Shown one piece after another: positions 26,548-34,532 of a DNA stretch of 64,000 nucleotides (positions within the stretch are counted from its first letter, which is position 1; every line of letters starts with the position of its first letter). Source of the stretch: a virus. The notes below the pieces were generated by a model. That model did no database searches, was not told where the DNA came from, and saw only the letters and a list, made by a program, of their open reading frames with translations. The position numbers and the translations under genes are program-made. Location: the IMG/VR virus record IMGVR_UViG_3300045988_116681, positions 48,632 through 112,631 of that record. One strand, written 5' to 3'.

Positions 26548-28247
26548 TCGTCATCGTCAGCAAGCGACTTAACCTTGCTCTTAGGCGCAATCTCGTACTG
26601 TTGAATCATAGCTTGAGGATAGTAGCGACCGTTCCATTCGTTTGTGCAAAGGGTTACTATTGCTTCAAACGTGAATTTGTCATACTTTTCCCATTCAGCG
26701 GATTGTTCTTCGCTTAATCTAAACTTGATAAAATCTACGCCGTAAGCACTGATTTTACCTGTTGTTGTTTTCTTTCTGAATAAACGAACCCAGTTTTGAT
26801 AGCAAGTAAACTTGACATAAAACGTAGGTTCAACAACACCGCTACCTGCGCTACCCCACATATCTTTGTATTCTTCACAGTTCATACAGAGTGGAAGATT
26901 GATTTGCTGTGGAGTCAACCTTGCTGTAACATCTATTGTATCACAAATTACATCATTTGTCAAGTGCGAATCAAGATATTTTAGAAGTTTTTTTAGATTG
27001 GCTTTAGGCATGATTAAGCCAGAAGCACACTCGTGACCTTCAGCCTTGGCAAGTCGTGATTCATTGATGATACTTGCAATGGGGAAAGGTGAGCGCATAC
27101 TACCAGAGTATTGTGTTGGATTGACTGGACGCAGGATGAAAGACGGCTTATTCACAAGTGATAACATCTTATTCGCTACCAGTCCAGTATAGTTAGCTTG
27201 CTCATTCTCGATAAATCCAACAGCGGCTTTATGCTCGTTATCCATATCTTCTGTAATTGTAGACATAATCTCGTCTACAGTTTTGCGTTGTTCGTTTACA
27301 GCCTTGCGAAGAACGGCAATACCACCTGCCATATCACATTTGCCAACAAGCGACTCAAAGAAAATCCGCTTGCCTTCTTGGTCATTACTGCGACATAGAG
27401 CGTTGATTGGTGGAATACAACCAAAGGAAAAGCCGTGTGGGTCTGTTTCACCCTTGTAATTTAACGTCTGCACAAGTTCATTTAGTTCTGGCGCGTAGGC
27501 AAGATTCTTAATTCCGTCTATAAAATATGTTCGGTTTTCAAGACTTGTCATATCACATACATCGCTAATTAGACTAACGGCGATAAAAGGGGTATATTCT
27601 TGATAATTTCTAATCTCGGTAATTGGGTCTAAATAAAGTTCGCCATATCGCTCAATCAGCTTAAAGGTAACACCTGTACCTGACAAAGCTGTATTTAGTC
27701 CATTACCAAGATGATGATTGACCACTGTGGCATAGTTATTGCTTGTGGGCGTGGTTTCATGGTGGTCACATACGATGGTCTGCACGCCATTTTCCTTCAG
27801 CGTCATACAAGGTTCATTGTCGGAACTGCCAGCGTCAGGAATGATTAGTAGCTTTGCACCAGAATCAATGACTTGTTGTACCATATTTTCTTCTGGTGCT
27901 CTCAAGCCATGTTGCTTCGCGGTATGGAATAGAACTTGAATTTTGTCTTGAGGAACGTCAAGATACTCTTTTAGAAATTTGTACATGATTGCGCTTGAAA
28001 GATTGCCGTCAGTATCGCTGTCAACGCAAATCGCAACTTTTTCGCCCTTTTCAACCGCTGTCTTAATCTCAGCACAAGCATCATCAATGTTAGGATAATC
28101 GCCAGCGTAATCATAGCAATAAGCCACATCGCCATTGCCAGAGAGGTCGATATAACGCTCGACCTCATCTGCCTTCACGCCACAAGCTACCAGATATTCA
28201 CGAATGAAATCTCCTGTGACTTTATTTAAGAGTGGGCGTACCTTCAT
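26529..28247 (-). CDS. DHH-family phosphoesterase (RecJ-like ssDNA exonuclease)
   Basis: VDSDTDGNLS, IIPDAGSSD and VCDHH (DHH motifs I-III). Confidence 0.75.
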   Translation of the reverse strand: MKVRPLLNKVTGDFIREYLVACGVKADEVERYIDLSGNGDVAYCYDYAGDYPNIDDACAEIKTAVEKGEKVAICVDSDTDGNLSSAIMYKFLKEYLDVPQDKIQVLFHTAKQHGLRAPEENMVQQVIDSGAKLLIIPDAGSSDNEPCMTLKENGVQTIVCDHHETTPTSNNYATVVNHHLGNGLNTALSGTGVTFKLIERYGELYLDPITEIRNYQEYTPFIAVSLISDVCDMTSLENRTYFIDGIKNLAYAPELNELVQTLNYKGETDPHGFSFGCIPPINALCRSNDQEGKRIFFESLVGKCDMAGGIAVLRKAVNEQRKTVDEIMSTITEDMDNEHKAAVGFIENEQANYTGLVANKMLSLVNKPSFILRPVNPTQYSGSMRSPFPIASIINESRLAKAEGHECASGLIMPKANLKKLLKYLDSHLTNDVICDTIDVTARLTPQQINLPLCMNCEEYKDMWGSAGSGVVEPTFYVKFTCYQNWVRLFRKKTTTGKISAYGVDFIKFRLSEEQSAEWEKYDKFTFEAIVTLCTNEWNGRYYPQAMIQQYEIAPKSKVKSLADDDDWRDLF

Positions 28248-29398
28248 ACGTTCACACCTTCGTGTTTGAGATAATCACAAATTGGGACAAGAGCCTTGAA
28301 GTCGGGGCTGTGAATTGCTGGATAGCACTCTGGCATACCCCATTCGGGCTTGAACGTCAGAGACACACACGTTTGATTACCAAAGTGCGTCATTTTATTA
28401 TACTCACCAATCGCCCACTGTTTAATATGGCACAGACCCACTGGCTTGTTTCCACAATATAGTGCCTTAATAGACTTACTGTCAAACTGCTCTACCGCTT
28501 CGTTAAACGGAATAGCTACATACATTTCACAATCTGGGTTATTGAGAACGTCAAATCCAAAAGACCATGAATCACCTGCGGAACTGTAAGCAATATCAGC
28601 ATAAATTTCTGTCTTTCTACCGTTTTCACGAGAATAGGCGAAATTAGCTACATTATAGCTATTGTCATCCTTGTAGAAAGTGACAATCGTCTTACCGCCA
28701 AGCACATCATCAATCGACTTTTTGCTCGGCTTCTTGCTTACCTTCGGCTTAATCATAAAGCTACGACCCTTGGTAGCACGACCATAACCAGAGCGATATG
28801 CGGCGACAACCATCTTCTTGACAACAGAAGAATACATATCAATATCTCCAACACGGATTGGAACAAACTGGTTTAGTTTTGGCTTCAGCATTTCCCATAC
28901 TTCGTCATCGGTGTAATCATATTCTTCGCAAGTGAACGACGGCTTAACATCGTCCTCACTGCACCACCATGACATTGTGGCATCTCCCCAATCAACTAAT
29001 AGGGTATTCTCGCCAAGCGCTCCCGTGCCAATCGTTTTTACAGTACCAACAGTGCCAACTGCGGGATAGAATCGACTTATCGTTTCATGCTTTTGTGAAT
29101 TAGTGAAAACAACCTTATCGCCAACCTTAAACTTGCTCATATTACAAACTTCCTTTTGTGTATTTACTTGCGTATTTGCGTTGACTTTTGCCAATCTCTT
29201 CTCGCTACACCACCAAGCATATTCACCATGAAGATTAGGGTCTACTCCCGAATCTTGACCCCAATCAACAAGAGCATTTTCATCACGGAGTGAATACTTA
29301 ACTACAACACCAATACTACCCTTCATAGGATAATACTCTGGATTGTACGCATGAGGTTCTTTTTCCATCATCATTACTTCATCGCCAACATTAAACAT
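28244..29398 (-). CDS. hypothetical protein with two SH3-like repeats
   Basis: ATG at 29398 in a TAATG overlap. The module GD.V....YP..G..G.V..LVDWG...WWCSE occurs twice. Confidence 0.6.
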   Translation of the reverse strand: MFNVGDEVMMMEKEPHAYNPEYYPMKGSIGVVVKYSLRDENALVDWGQDSGVDPNLHGEYAWWCSEKRLAKVNANTQVNTQKEVCNMSKFKVGDKVVFTNSQKHETISRFYPAVGTVGTVKTIGTGALGENTLLVDWGDATMSWWCSEDDVKPSFTCEEYDYTDDEVWEMLKPKLNQFVPIRVGDIDMYSSVVKKMVVAAYRSGYGRATKGRSFMIKPKVSKKPSKKSIDDVLGGKTIVTFYKDDNSYNVANFAYSRENGRKTEIYADIAYSSAGDSWSFGFDVLNNPDCEMYVAIPFNEAVEQFDSKSIKALYCGNKPVGLCHIKQWAIGEYNKMTHFGNQTCVSLTFKPEWGMPECYPAIHSPDFKALVPICDYLKHEGVNV

Positions 29399-29793
29399 TA
29401 TCTTACACGCTCCTTCATCTTGTTGCAAAAGCCCTGAAAACTATCGTGAACATAGTCCTTAACGAGACACATAACAGGATGGTCTACATCATTAATCGCA
29501 ATCCATGACTCGCACTCGTCATCTTCAAATGGACACCAATACTTGTCCTTGGTGTAAATTTTAAGAATCATATCTTCTTCGTCATACTCAATGTAATCGA
29601 AGCGAGATTCACTACTATGTTCACGAAACTTTTTGCTTGTGTCCTTCTCACGGCGGAACAGTGACGCTTCTTTAAGCATCTCACTCGCAAACAGAATGAA
29701 ATTGTCAACAGGAATAAATGATTCTGTTCCGTCAATCATGCCGACATACACCAGTGGCTCACCTTCGTGCTTCAACACTTTACCAAAAAACAT
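29398..29793 (-). CDS. hypothetical protein
   Basis: 131-aa ORF, the first gene after the promoter at 29827. Confidence 0.6.
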   Translation of the reverse strand: MFFGKVLKHEGEPLVYVGMIDGTESFIPVDNFILFASEMLKEASLFRREKDTSKKFREHSSESRFDYIEYDEEDMILKIYTKDKYWCPFEDDECESWIAINDVDHPVMCLVKDYVHDSFQGFCNKMKERVR

Positions 29794-29826
29794 ATTAAAT
29801 AACCTCCTTGGTTTGTTTGTGAGTAC

Positions 29827-29855
29827 ATTGTATCACATACCAAGGAGGTTGTCAA
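29827..29855 (-). promoter_or_regulatory. sigma-A-type promoter with a conserved upstream A/T module
   Basis: TTGACA-17-TACAAT, preceded by ATAAAATTTCATAAT. Confidence 0.7.
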
Positions 29856-29874
29856 TAGAAATTATGAAATTTTA

Positions 29875-30144
29875 TTAGTCTTTCTTTGGAACAGTATAAG
29901 ACTTAGCATTAGTGCTATCGCCCAACCCTGCTGTGGTAGGGTCATTGAGCGCGTTCCAAATATTTGATGCAACAAGGAATAGGCAGTAAGGATTTGATAC
30001 AGTGCCCTTAATCACGTTCCATACGCCCATCCAAGTTGTGAGGTCTGCCGCTGTCAGACCTGCATAAGCAAGTGCAGTGGCAAAAGCACCAATAATGATT
30101 TGTACCCAAAAGGTCGGGTTCTTAATTCTCACTTTTAGATTCAT
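29875..30144 (-). CDS. holin (Phage_holin_1 / LL-H type)
   Basis: KNPTFWVQIIIG..TWMGVWNV..NPYCL..DPTTAGLGDS pattern, directly downstream of the endolysin. Confidence 0.8.
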   Translation of the reverse strand: MNLKVRIKNPTFWVQIIIGAFATALAYAGLTAADLTTWMGVWNVIKGTVSNPYCLFLVASNIWNALNDPTTAGLGDSTNAKSYTVPKKD

Positions 30145-30147
30145 ACT

Positions 30148-31878
30148 TTATTCCTCCCCATACATACCCGCTCTATCGTTAATAACAAGAACTCGTAGCA
30201 AATCTTCACTCAAGTCAAGACCCTTGCCATTGCCCTTGAGATAGCCCTTGTCTACCAACTTCTTAATAGTTGCCTTGCCCCAGTCTGGAACTTCAGCAAC
30301 ACTATTATATACCTTATTATACTTGTCGTATACTTGTTCAGCAATCTTACCAGCCACTTGATTAGCAATCTTCTTTGCTTCGGACTGAGCAATAGCTGTA
30401 GTTTCTGCCTTAGTCATGTCATCAACCTTTCTAACCATTTGTAAAAATTCTGTCCATTGTTCATAGTGTTTTACAAAAGGTTCAGGACAGTTACCAACAA
30501 TAAAAGTTCTTCCCTTTTGACGAATAAGAATATATCCTGTTGGCACACTTACACACGAAACTCGTGCATTTCTTTTTTCAACACTATATTGTTTATCACC
30601 TATTGTATAATTACAAGTGGCAATATCTACACTATCATAATGATATTTTTTATAATGATTTTTAGCATGAAGAGCCTTTTTTGCCCTCATTCCATGCGTA
30701 GCACAAATAGCTTGAACAACGTCTAAATTTTTTTCAATAACGGAGCAATAATTATTTTTTGCTACGCATCCATCAACTTGTAACAATTCTTCCCAAAAAA
30801 CTTCAAATTGATTTTGTGTCATTTCAATCCAATCATAGGTAAATTGTTTATCAGATAACCATTTGCAACACCAATCATAAGTAATTTTGTCAAATTTTAC
30901 ATAAATTAGAGTACTTCCATCATTTTTATAAGAAATCTGAGGAACAATTTCCATTTCATTTAACAAAGACAGTAATCTATCAATTTTTCTTTGTCTTTTA
31001 AAATGGAACTCGATACCATAAATTGAATTAGAAGGTTTCCATCTTCTATAATGACCATCACCTTGAAGCCATACTAAAAAACGAATTTCATTGTCTGAAA
31101 GAGGTAGACCTTTATTTTCATAAAAACCGTTGGTTTTTATCATGGTTGTTCTGCCTTTGTCAAGAATCTCTTGATAAGATTTTTCTTCCCATCTCTCGTT
31201 AGCGTGATAAAAACGCGCCCACATACGGTGATTAGCAGTAGCTTCAAAATTATGGTTCTTTAGAACTTCAGCTTCGTAAGGCTCAACCACGCTACTAACA
31301 GCGCCAAAAGATAGTCTATCAGTATTAGTGTCATACTGCATAACTTCTTCTCCAACCTTAATATCTCCAAGAGCCTTCCAACCTTCTCGTGTTAGAAGTT
31401 CGGTTGAATCCAAAGGTAAACAATACTTATGCGTAACATGATAGTGCATACACACATGGTTAATATCAATACCATACTGTTCCATTAGCCACTGTACCAG
31501 CTTTACAGTGCGCTTCTGGGTTTCCATAGTAATTACATATTCACCGTTCTTCCAGTCGCTACACATTTCAATACCAATGGAATTAACGTTGCGACAGCTA
31601 TTGTAATAATAGCCTGTTTCACTACCACAATGCCATGCTGTGTTAGCAAGGTTTACAGTCTGCCAAATTTCATTCTCGTCAACAAAGAAATGTGCGCTTG
31701 CATTAAGCCCACCGCAACGAGCAAAATAATCTGCATTGTTCTTTGCAGTATCGCCCTTGCCAGCAGTAAAGTGAATAACAATCCATTGAATCTTATGCTT
31801 TACGCCATTCTTAGTTCGACCATACATGAAATTAGATTCATTACATTGCTTAAATTGAAAATAAGGTTTTTCTGCCAT
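30148..31878 (-). CDS. N-acetylmuramoyl-L-alanine amidase endolysin (Amidase_2) interrupted by an intein
   Basis: The exteins join as ..HVTHKY|CPEPF.., restoring the K.CP zinc-ligand motif. The N-extein carries the AHFFVD and GIEMC motifs. The C-terminal tail is a putative wall-binding region. Confidence 0.85.
   Translation of the reverse strand: MAEKPYFQFKQCNESNFMYGRTKNGVKHKIQWIVIHFTAGKGDTAKNNADYFARCGGLNASAHFFVDENEIWQTVNLANTAWHCGSETGYYYNSCRNVNSIGIEMCSDWKNGEYVITMETQKRTVKLVQWLMEQYGIDINHVCMHYHVTHKYCLPLDSTELLTREGWKALGDIKVGEEVMQYDTNTDRLSFGAVSSVVEPYEAEVLKNHNFEATANHRMWARFYHANERWEEKSYQEILDKGRTTMIKTNGFYENKGLPLSDNEIRFLVWLQGDGHYRRWKPSNSIYGIEFHFKRQRKIDRLLSLLNEMEIVPQISYKNDGSTLIYVKFDKITYDWCCKWLSDKQFTYDWIEMTQNQFEVFWEELLQVDGCVAKNNYCSVIEKNLDVVQAICATHGMRAKKALHAKNHYKKYHYDSVDIATCNYTIGDKQYSVEKRNARVSCVSVPTGYILIRQKGRTFIVGNCPEPFVKHYEQWTEFLQMVRKVDDMTKAETTAIAQSEAKKIANQVAGKIAEQVYDKYNKVYNSVAEVPDWGKATIKKLVDKGYLKGNGKGLDLSEDLLRVLVINDRAGMYGEE
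30490..31422 (-). mobile_element. intein (311 aa) with a LAGLIDADG homing endonuclease, inside the endolysin
   Basis: Starts CLPLDSTELLT..GDIKVGEEV (Hint N-terminus) and ends ..ILIRQKGRTFIVGN|C (Asn plus Cys+1). Two LAGLIDADG-like motifs: LVWLQGDGH and LLQVDGCV. Confidence 0.8.
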
Positions 31879-31892
31879 TATATCACTTCCTT

Positions 31893-31921
31893 TAGAGAAA
31901 GGGGAGAGACGAACTCTCCCC
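31893..31921 (-). terminator. candidate intrinsic terminator upstream of the endolysin
   Basis: GGGGAGAG-ttcgt-CTCTCCCC followed by TTTCTCT on the minus strand. Confidence 0.45.
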
Positions 31922-31928
31922 TTGATAA

Positions 31929-32144
31929 TTACTTATGAAGCAGACCGTTTTCTTCCAGTAGCTTACGATAAGGAATGCTTAGAAGTTCTGGTACACCAGT
32001 CTTTTCAGCACGCCACTGAATGTAAACAGCACGAGCGAGGTCGTCATGCTCGATGTTGTGAGCGTTATCCCACTTATCAAGTTGAACCCCAATATCTCCT
32101 TCAAGTTTTGCAATGTGTCGATGTTGTAGTTTGTAGTTGTACAT
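31929..32144 (-). CDS. hypothetical protein
   Basis: ATG at 32144 (MYNYKLQHRH..). Confidence 0.5.
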   Translation of the reverse strand: MYNYKLQHRHIAKLEGDIGVQLDKWDNAHNIEHDDLARAVYIQWRAEKTGVPELLSIPYRKLLEENGLLHK

Positions 32145-32167
32145 AATTTTTTCTTCCTTTCTTTTTG

Positions 32168-32590
32168 TTATGCGACTTTTATCCATTCTGTAGGATAACC
32201 AATAATTATTTTTGCAGTCGAAGAAGCAAAATAATCTTTTGCGATTTCTCCTTGCTTTTTAACATATATAATTTTATATTTAATTGTAAAATTATATGTT
32301 CGAGTAAGCGGAGTGCGAGAATAAATTTGTATACCAAATCCAACTTCTTTAGAATTGAGATATAGAGAATTATCGTCAGTAGTATAATAACCCGGTGGTT
32401 CTACATCTACTGTACCGCTTACCCACTGTAAGCCCACAGCAGTGTCTATTCCTAATAATTGAAGTGAAGCAGACGTACCATTTATGAAAGTATTGTTTAT
32501 TGCTAATTCAAAAGTTCCTTCATATACGCCCAACTCCGCAATGCCAGTATCAATTCCTTTACTTCCAAGGTGATTGACGATACTATTCAT
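32168..32590 (-). CDS. family A small protein (A, partner of B1)
   Basis: MNSIVNHLG... Own SD GAGGTGA. The start sits in an ATGA context. Confidence 0.65.
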   Translation of the reverse strand: MNSIVNHLGSKGIDTGIAELGVYEGTFELAINNTFINGTSASLQLLGIDTAVGLQWVSGTVDVEPPGYYTTDDNSLYLNSKEVGFGIQIYSRTPLTRTYNFTIKYKIIYVKKQGEIAKDYFASSTAKIIIGYPTEWIKVA

Positions 32591-32976
32591 GCAATCACCT
32601 CGTTTCTATTTAATAGAACGCTACTGCATAAGCCGAGTCTTTCCCTTGTAAATGGTCTATGGTCATTGTTTTGCCAGCGAATGTTACATCTATATAATCG
32701 TTTTCTGAGTTGGAGTCGGCATAATGGTAAGTTGTTGTTTGTTCGGAATAATAAATGCTTACTGAATATCCGTAATTGTATCCACTGGCAGAATAATACA
32801 TACTTAAAGAAACAAATTTCGGGACGTGAGAGAAAGTAAATTTTATTTCTTCGTTGTAGGCTTCTGCTTCTTTGTATTCCGCAGTTAAGCCTTGCACTTG
32901 TAAAGGCTCTCCCATAATCTTTCCGTTCATCTACTCTGCCCCCCCCAAGTCTCATTGAGGTTTGCATATTATACAT
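32587..32976 (-). CDS. leader ORF L2, which as assembled (G8) continues through all of B1 in the -1 frame and stops on the start codon of the A gene
   Basis: This is the same frame as track ORF 32587..33030. ATG at 32976 follows AAAGGA. Its TGA (32587-32589) overlaps ATG 32588-32590. Confidence 0.4.
   Translation of the reverse strand: MYNMQTSMRLGGGRVDERKDYGRAFTSARLNCGIQRSRSLQRRNKIYFLSRPEICFFKYVLFCQWIQLRIFSKHLLFRTNNNLPLCRLQLRKRLYRCNIRWQNNDHRPFTRERLGLCSSVLLNRNEVIA
32610..32930 (-). CDS. family B small protein (B1)
   Basis: MNGKIMGEPLQVQGLTAEYKE... A paralog of the 40870 protein (shared ..GLTAEY.. and ..VTF(A/S)GK.. segments). Confidence 0.65.
   Translation of the reverse strand: MNGKIMGEPLQVQGLTAEYKEAEAYNEEIKFTFSHVPKFVSLSMYYSASGYNYGYSVSIYYSEQTTTYHYADSNSENDYIDVTFAGKTMTIDHLQGKDSAYAVAFY
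32939..32946 (-). repeat. G8 homopolymer 8 nt upstream of the B1 ATG
   Basis: Sense strand reads GAGACTT-G8-CAGAGTAG-ATG. Confidence 0.95.
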
Positions 32977-33002
32977 ATTGCTCAAATTCCTTTCTGAGCA
33001 AT
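32977..33002. repeat. inverted repeat ATTGCTCA-10 nt-TGAGCAAT
   Basis: The TTGAGCAA motif in both orientations. The loop contains the leader SD. Confidence 0.8.
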
Positions 33003-33026
33003 GAGAAGGAGATGAAGGATAAAAAG

Positions 33027-33356
33027 TCAAGACAAAGTGCCTAATTCAAGATACTTAAAATAGGGTGAAATTGAATTATTATAATAGTTTTCAACCTTGA
33101 AATGCCCCTCCCCGAAATAGAACCACACCGCAGGACTATTTTCGCCAAAGGCACCATACGAGAACTCTATTACTTCCTTAAAAACACTCACTTTACCAAT
33201 CATTACGCTGTTGTCGGTCATCATCAACTTAAAATATAAACTCGCATCTGTTGTTGCAATTTTTACAACTGAGCTACCTTCTGCTACATCTTGATGAATA
33301 GCACTCTTAAAATGAATTGTTCCTTCTACACCCTTACCTGTTACAATCCCATCCAT
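33027..33356 (-). CDS. family A small protein
   Basis: MDGIVTGKG....LELGTLS. Confidence 0.65.
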   Translation of the reverse strand: MDGIVTGKGVEGTIHFKSAIHQDVAEGSSVVKIATTDASLYFKLMMTDNSVMIGKVSVFKEVIEFSYGAFGENSPAVWFYFGEGHFKVENYYNNSISPYFKYLELGTLS

Positions 33357-33406
33357 CAGCCGACACTTCCCTTCATGCCAGCCATCTCATTGCTCATATT
33401 AAATTT

Positions 33407-33469
33407 TAGGAGAATGCTAACGCATTGCCCCCCCCAACCGAAGTCAGGGTTGACTGAATGTTAAACATA
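33407..33469 (-). CDS. leader ORF L1 (20 aa as assembled)
   Basis: AAGGAGAA, 4 nt, then ATG. It translates to MFNIQSTLTSVGGGNALAFS*. Confidence 0.45.
33429..33436 (-). repeat. G8 homopolymer in L1
   Basis: Counted C8 on the plus strand. Confidence 0.95.
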
Positions 33470-33514
33470 ATGTTCTCCTTTTTGTGTAGTTATATTTGAG
33501 CAATGAGTAGAGGG

Positions 33515-33859
33515 TTATTCTAACAACCCAAAATCCACCGAGGAAATATACAAAGACAAATTATTATTGTTAAAACCAAAACCAACATATTCTATTCCTT
33601 CAGTATTAGTATAATCTATGCTAAACGAAGGAGAGTAGTCGCCTGAACTATTTCTAAAAGTAAAATAATTAGTACCTCTTAAAGTTTCATACTTAAAAAT
33701 GCTAATTTGTCCATATAAATCAACGATTTTAACATATGGCGCAATTCTGTCTACAAGAAAGTTAATATGGAACGTATTTAACGCATCGTCTTTATATGAT
33801 TTTTTACTCATGAATGTCAAAGCATTAGCAGTAAATGGCTTATTAACAATCCCATTCAT
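33515..33859 (-). CDS. family A small protein
   Basis: MNGIVNKPF....VDFGLLE. Confidence 0.65.
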   Translation of the reverse strand: MNGIVNKPFTANALTFMSKKSYKDDALNTFHINFLVDRIAPYVKIVDLYGQISIFKYETLRGTNYFTFRNSSGDYSPSFSIDYTNTEGIEYVGFGFNNNNLSLYISSVDFGLLE

Positions 33860-33969
33860 ACAGTCACCTGCTTTCGGTGACTCACATTGCTCAAATATTC
33901 AGTTGTTAGGGAGTTATTGCCCCCCCCCAAGTGAAGCATAAGTTCACTCAGAGAAAACTTGATACGCAT
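33856..33969 (-). CDS. leader ORF L3 (37 aa), terminating in ATGA on the start of the A gene
   Basis: AAGGAGTG SD. It translates to MRIKFSLSELMLHLGGGNNSLTTEYLSNVSHRKQVTV*. Its TGA overlaps ATG 33859. Confidence 0.5.
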   Translation of the reverse strand: MRIKFSLSELMLHLGGGNNSLTTEYLSNVSHRKQVTV

Positions 33970-34003
33970 GGTATCACTCCTTGTTGTTTAATTGAGCAAC
34001 GTG
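33883..34003. repeat. 12-bp inverted repeats (1 mismatch) CACATTGCTCAA / TTGAGCAACGTG flanking leader L3
   Basis: Arms at 33883-33894 and 33992-34003. Confidence 0.8.
33920..33928 (-). repeat. G9 homopolymer in L3
   Basis: Counted C9 on the plus strand. Confidence 0.95.
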
Positions 34004-34013
34004 TGTGATGTGA

Positions 34014-34415
34014 TTAGGATTTTAAGGCAAGCGCTAAATAGAAGCGAGTACCATCTTGGACATTATTTTTGAACAATCGGCATATTATACCAGTATTGAT
34101 AATGTTAAAATCACAATAATAAATATCGCTTGTTCCATTTGTAGTACCCGTTTTATATATTTTAGAACTTAATAAAACATGATTGCTTGTACTGCCACCT
34201 ATAACATCAGCCTTATACTCATATATAGATAGACACGGTGAAGCATAGTACCACGCATTGTCACAACCAATAAGCAAAAGCTTGCAACTATTGTGCGATT
34301 CTTCGTACCAATATAGTATCTGAAATTGTTCACTGGTAGCTTCTGCGGTGATAATATCATCAACATTGATACTTATGTCAGCCAGTTCAGCCAGCTTATT
34401 CACAATCCCATTCAT
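34014..34415 (-). CDS. family A small protein
   Basis: MNGIVNKLAEL... ATG at 34415; the track ORF begins at the GTG one codon earlier. Confidence 0.65.
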   Translation of the reverse strand: MNGIVNKLAELADISINVDDIITAEATSEQFQILYWYEESHNSCKLLLIGCDNAWYYASPCLSIYEYKADVIGGSTSNHVLLSSKIYKTGTTNGTSDIYYCDFNIINTGIICRLFKNNVQDGTRFYLALALKS

Positions 34416-34493
34416 CACATGACCCCCTTACTTGCGTATAGGAGGTTGCCAATCCTGTTGCTCAAAGGAAAGGCGTTAATGACCATTAGAAGG

Positions 34494-34532
34494 TCAGAAG
34501 AACGCCCCCCCCAAGTTAAAGCGAAGGTTCAT
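34494..34532 (-). CDS. leader ORF L4 (12 aa as assembled)
   Basis: AAAGGAGAA SD. It translates to MNLRFNLGGAFF*. Confidence 0.4.
   Translation of the reverse strand: MNLRFNLGGAFF
34505..34512 (-). repeat. G8 homopolymer in L4
   Basis: Counted C8 on the plus strand. Confidence 0.95.

Larger units (their letters stand above)
33387..33507. repeat. perfect 11-bp inverted repeats CTCATTGCTCA / TGAGCAATGAG flanking a 99-bp segment holding leader L1 and its G tract
   Basis: Arms at 33387-33397 and 33497-33507. Confidence 0.85.

Noticed and set aside
32587-33030. Track ORFs 32587..33030, 34978..35352 and 40844..41221 treated as ordinary independent genes
   Set aside because: They fully overlap family B genes in the -1 frame and encode Arg/Cys/Ser-rich sequences. 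I interpret them as leader read-through frames (see the findings) rather than conventional genes.
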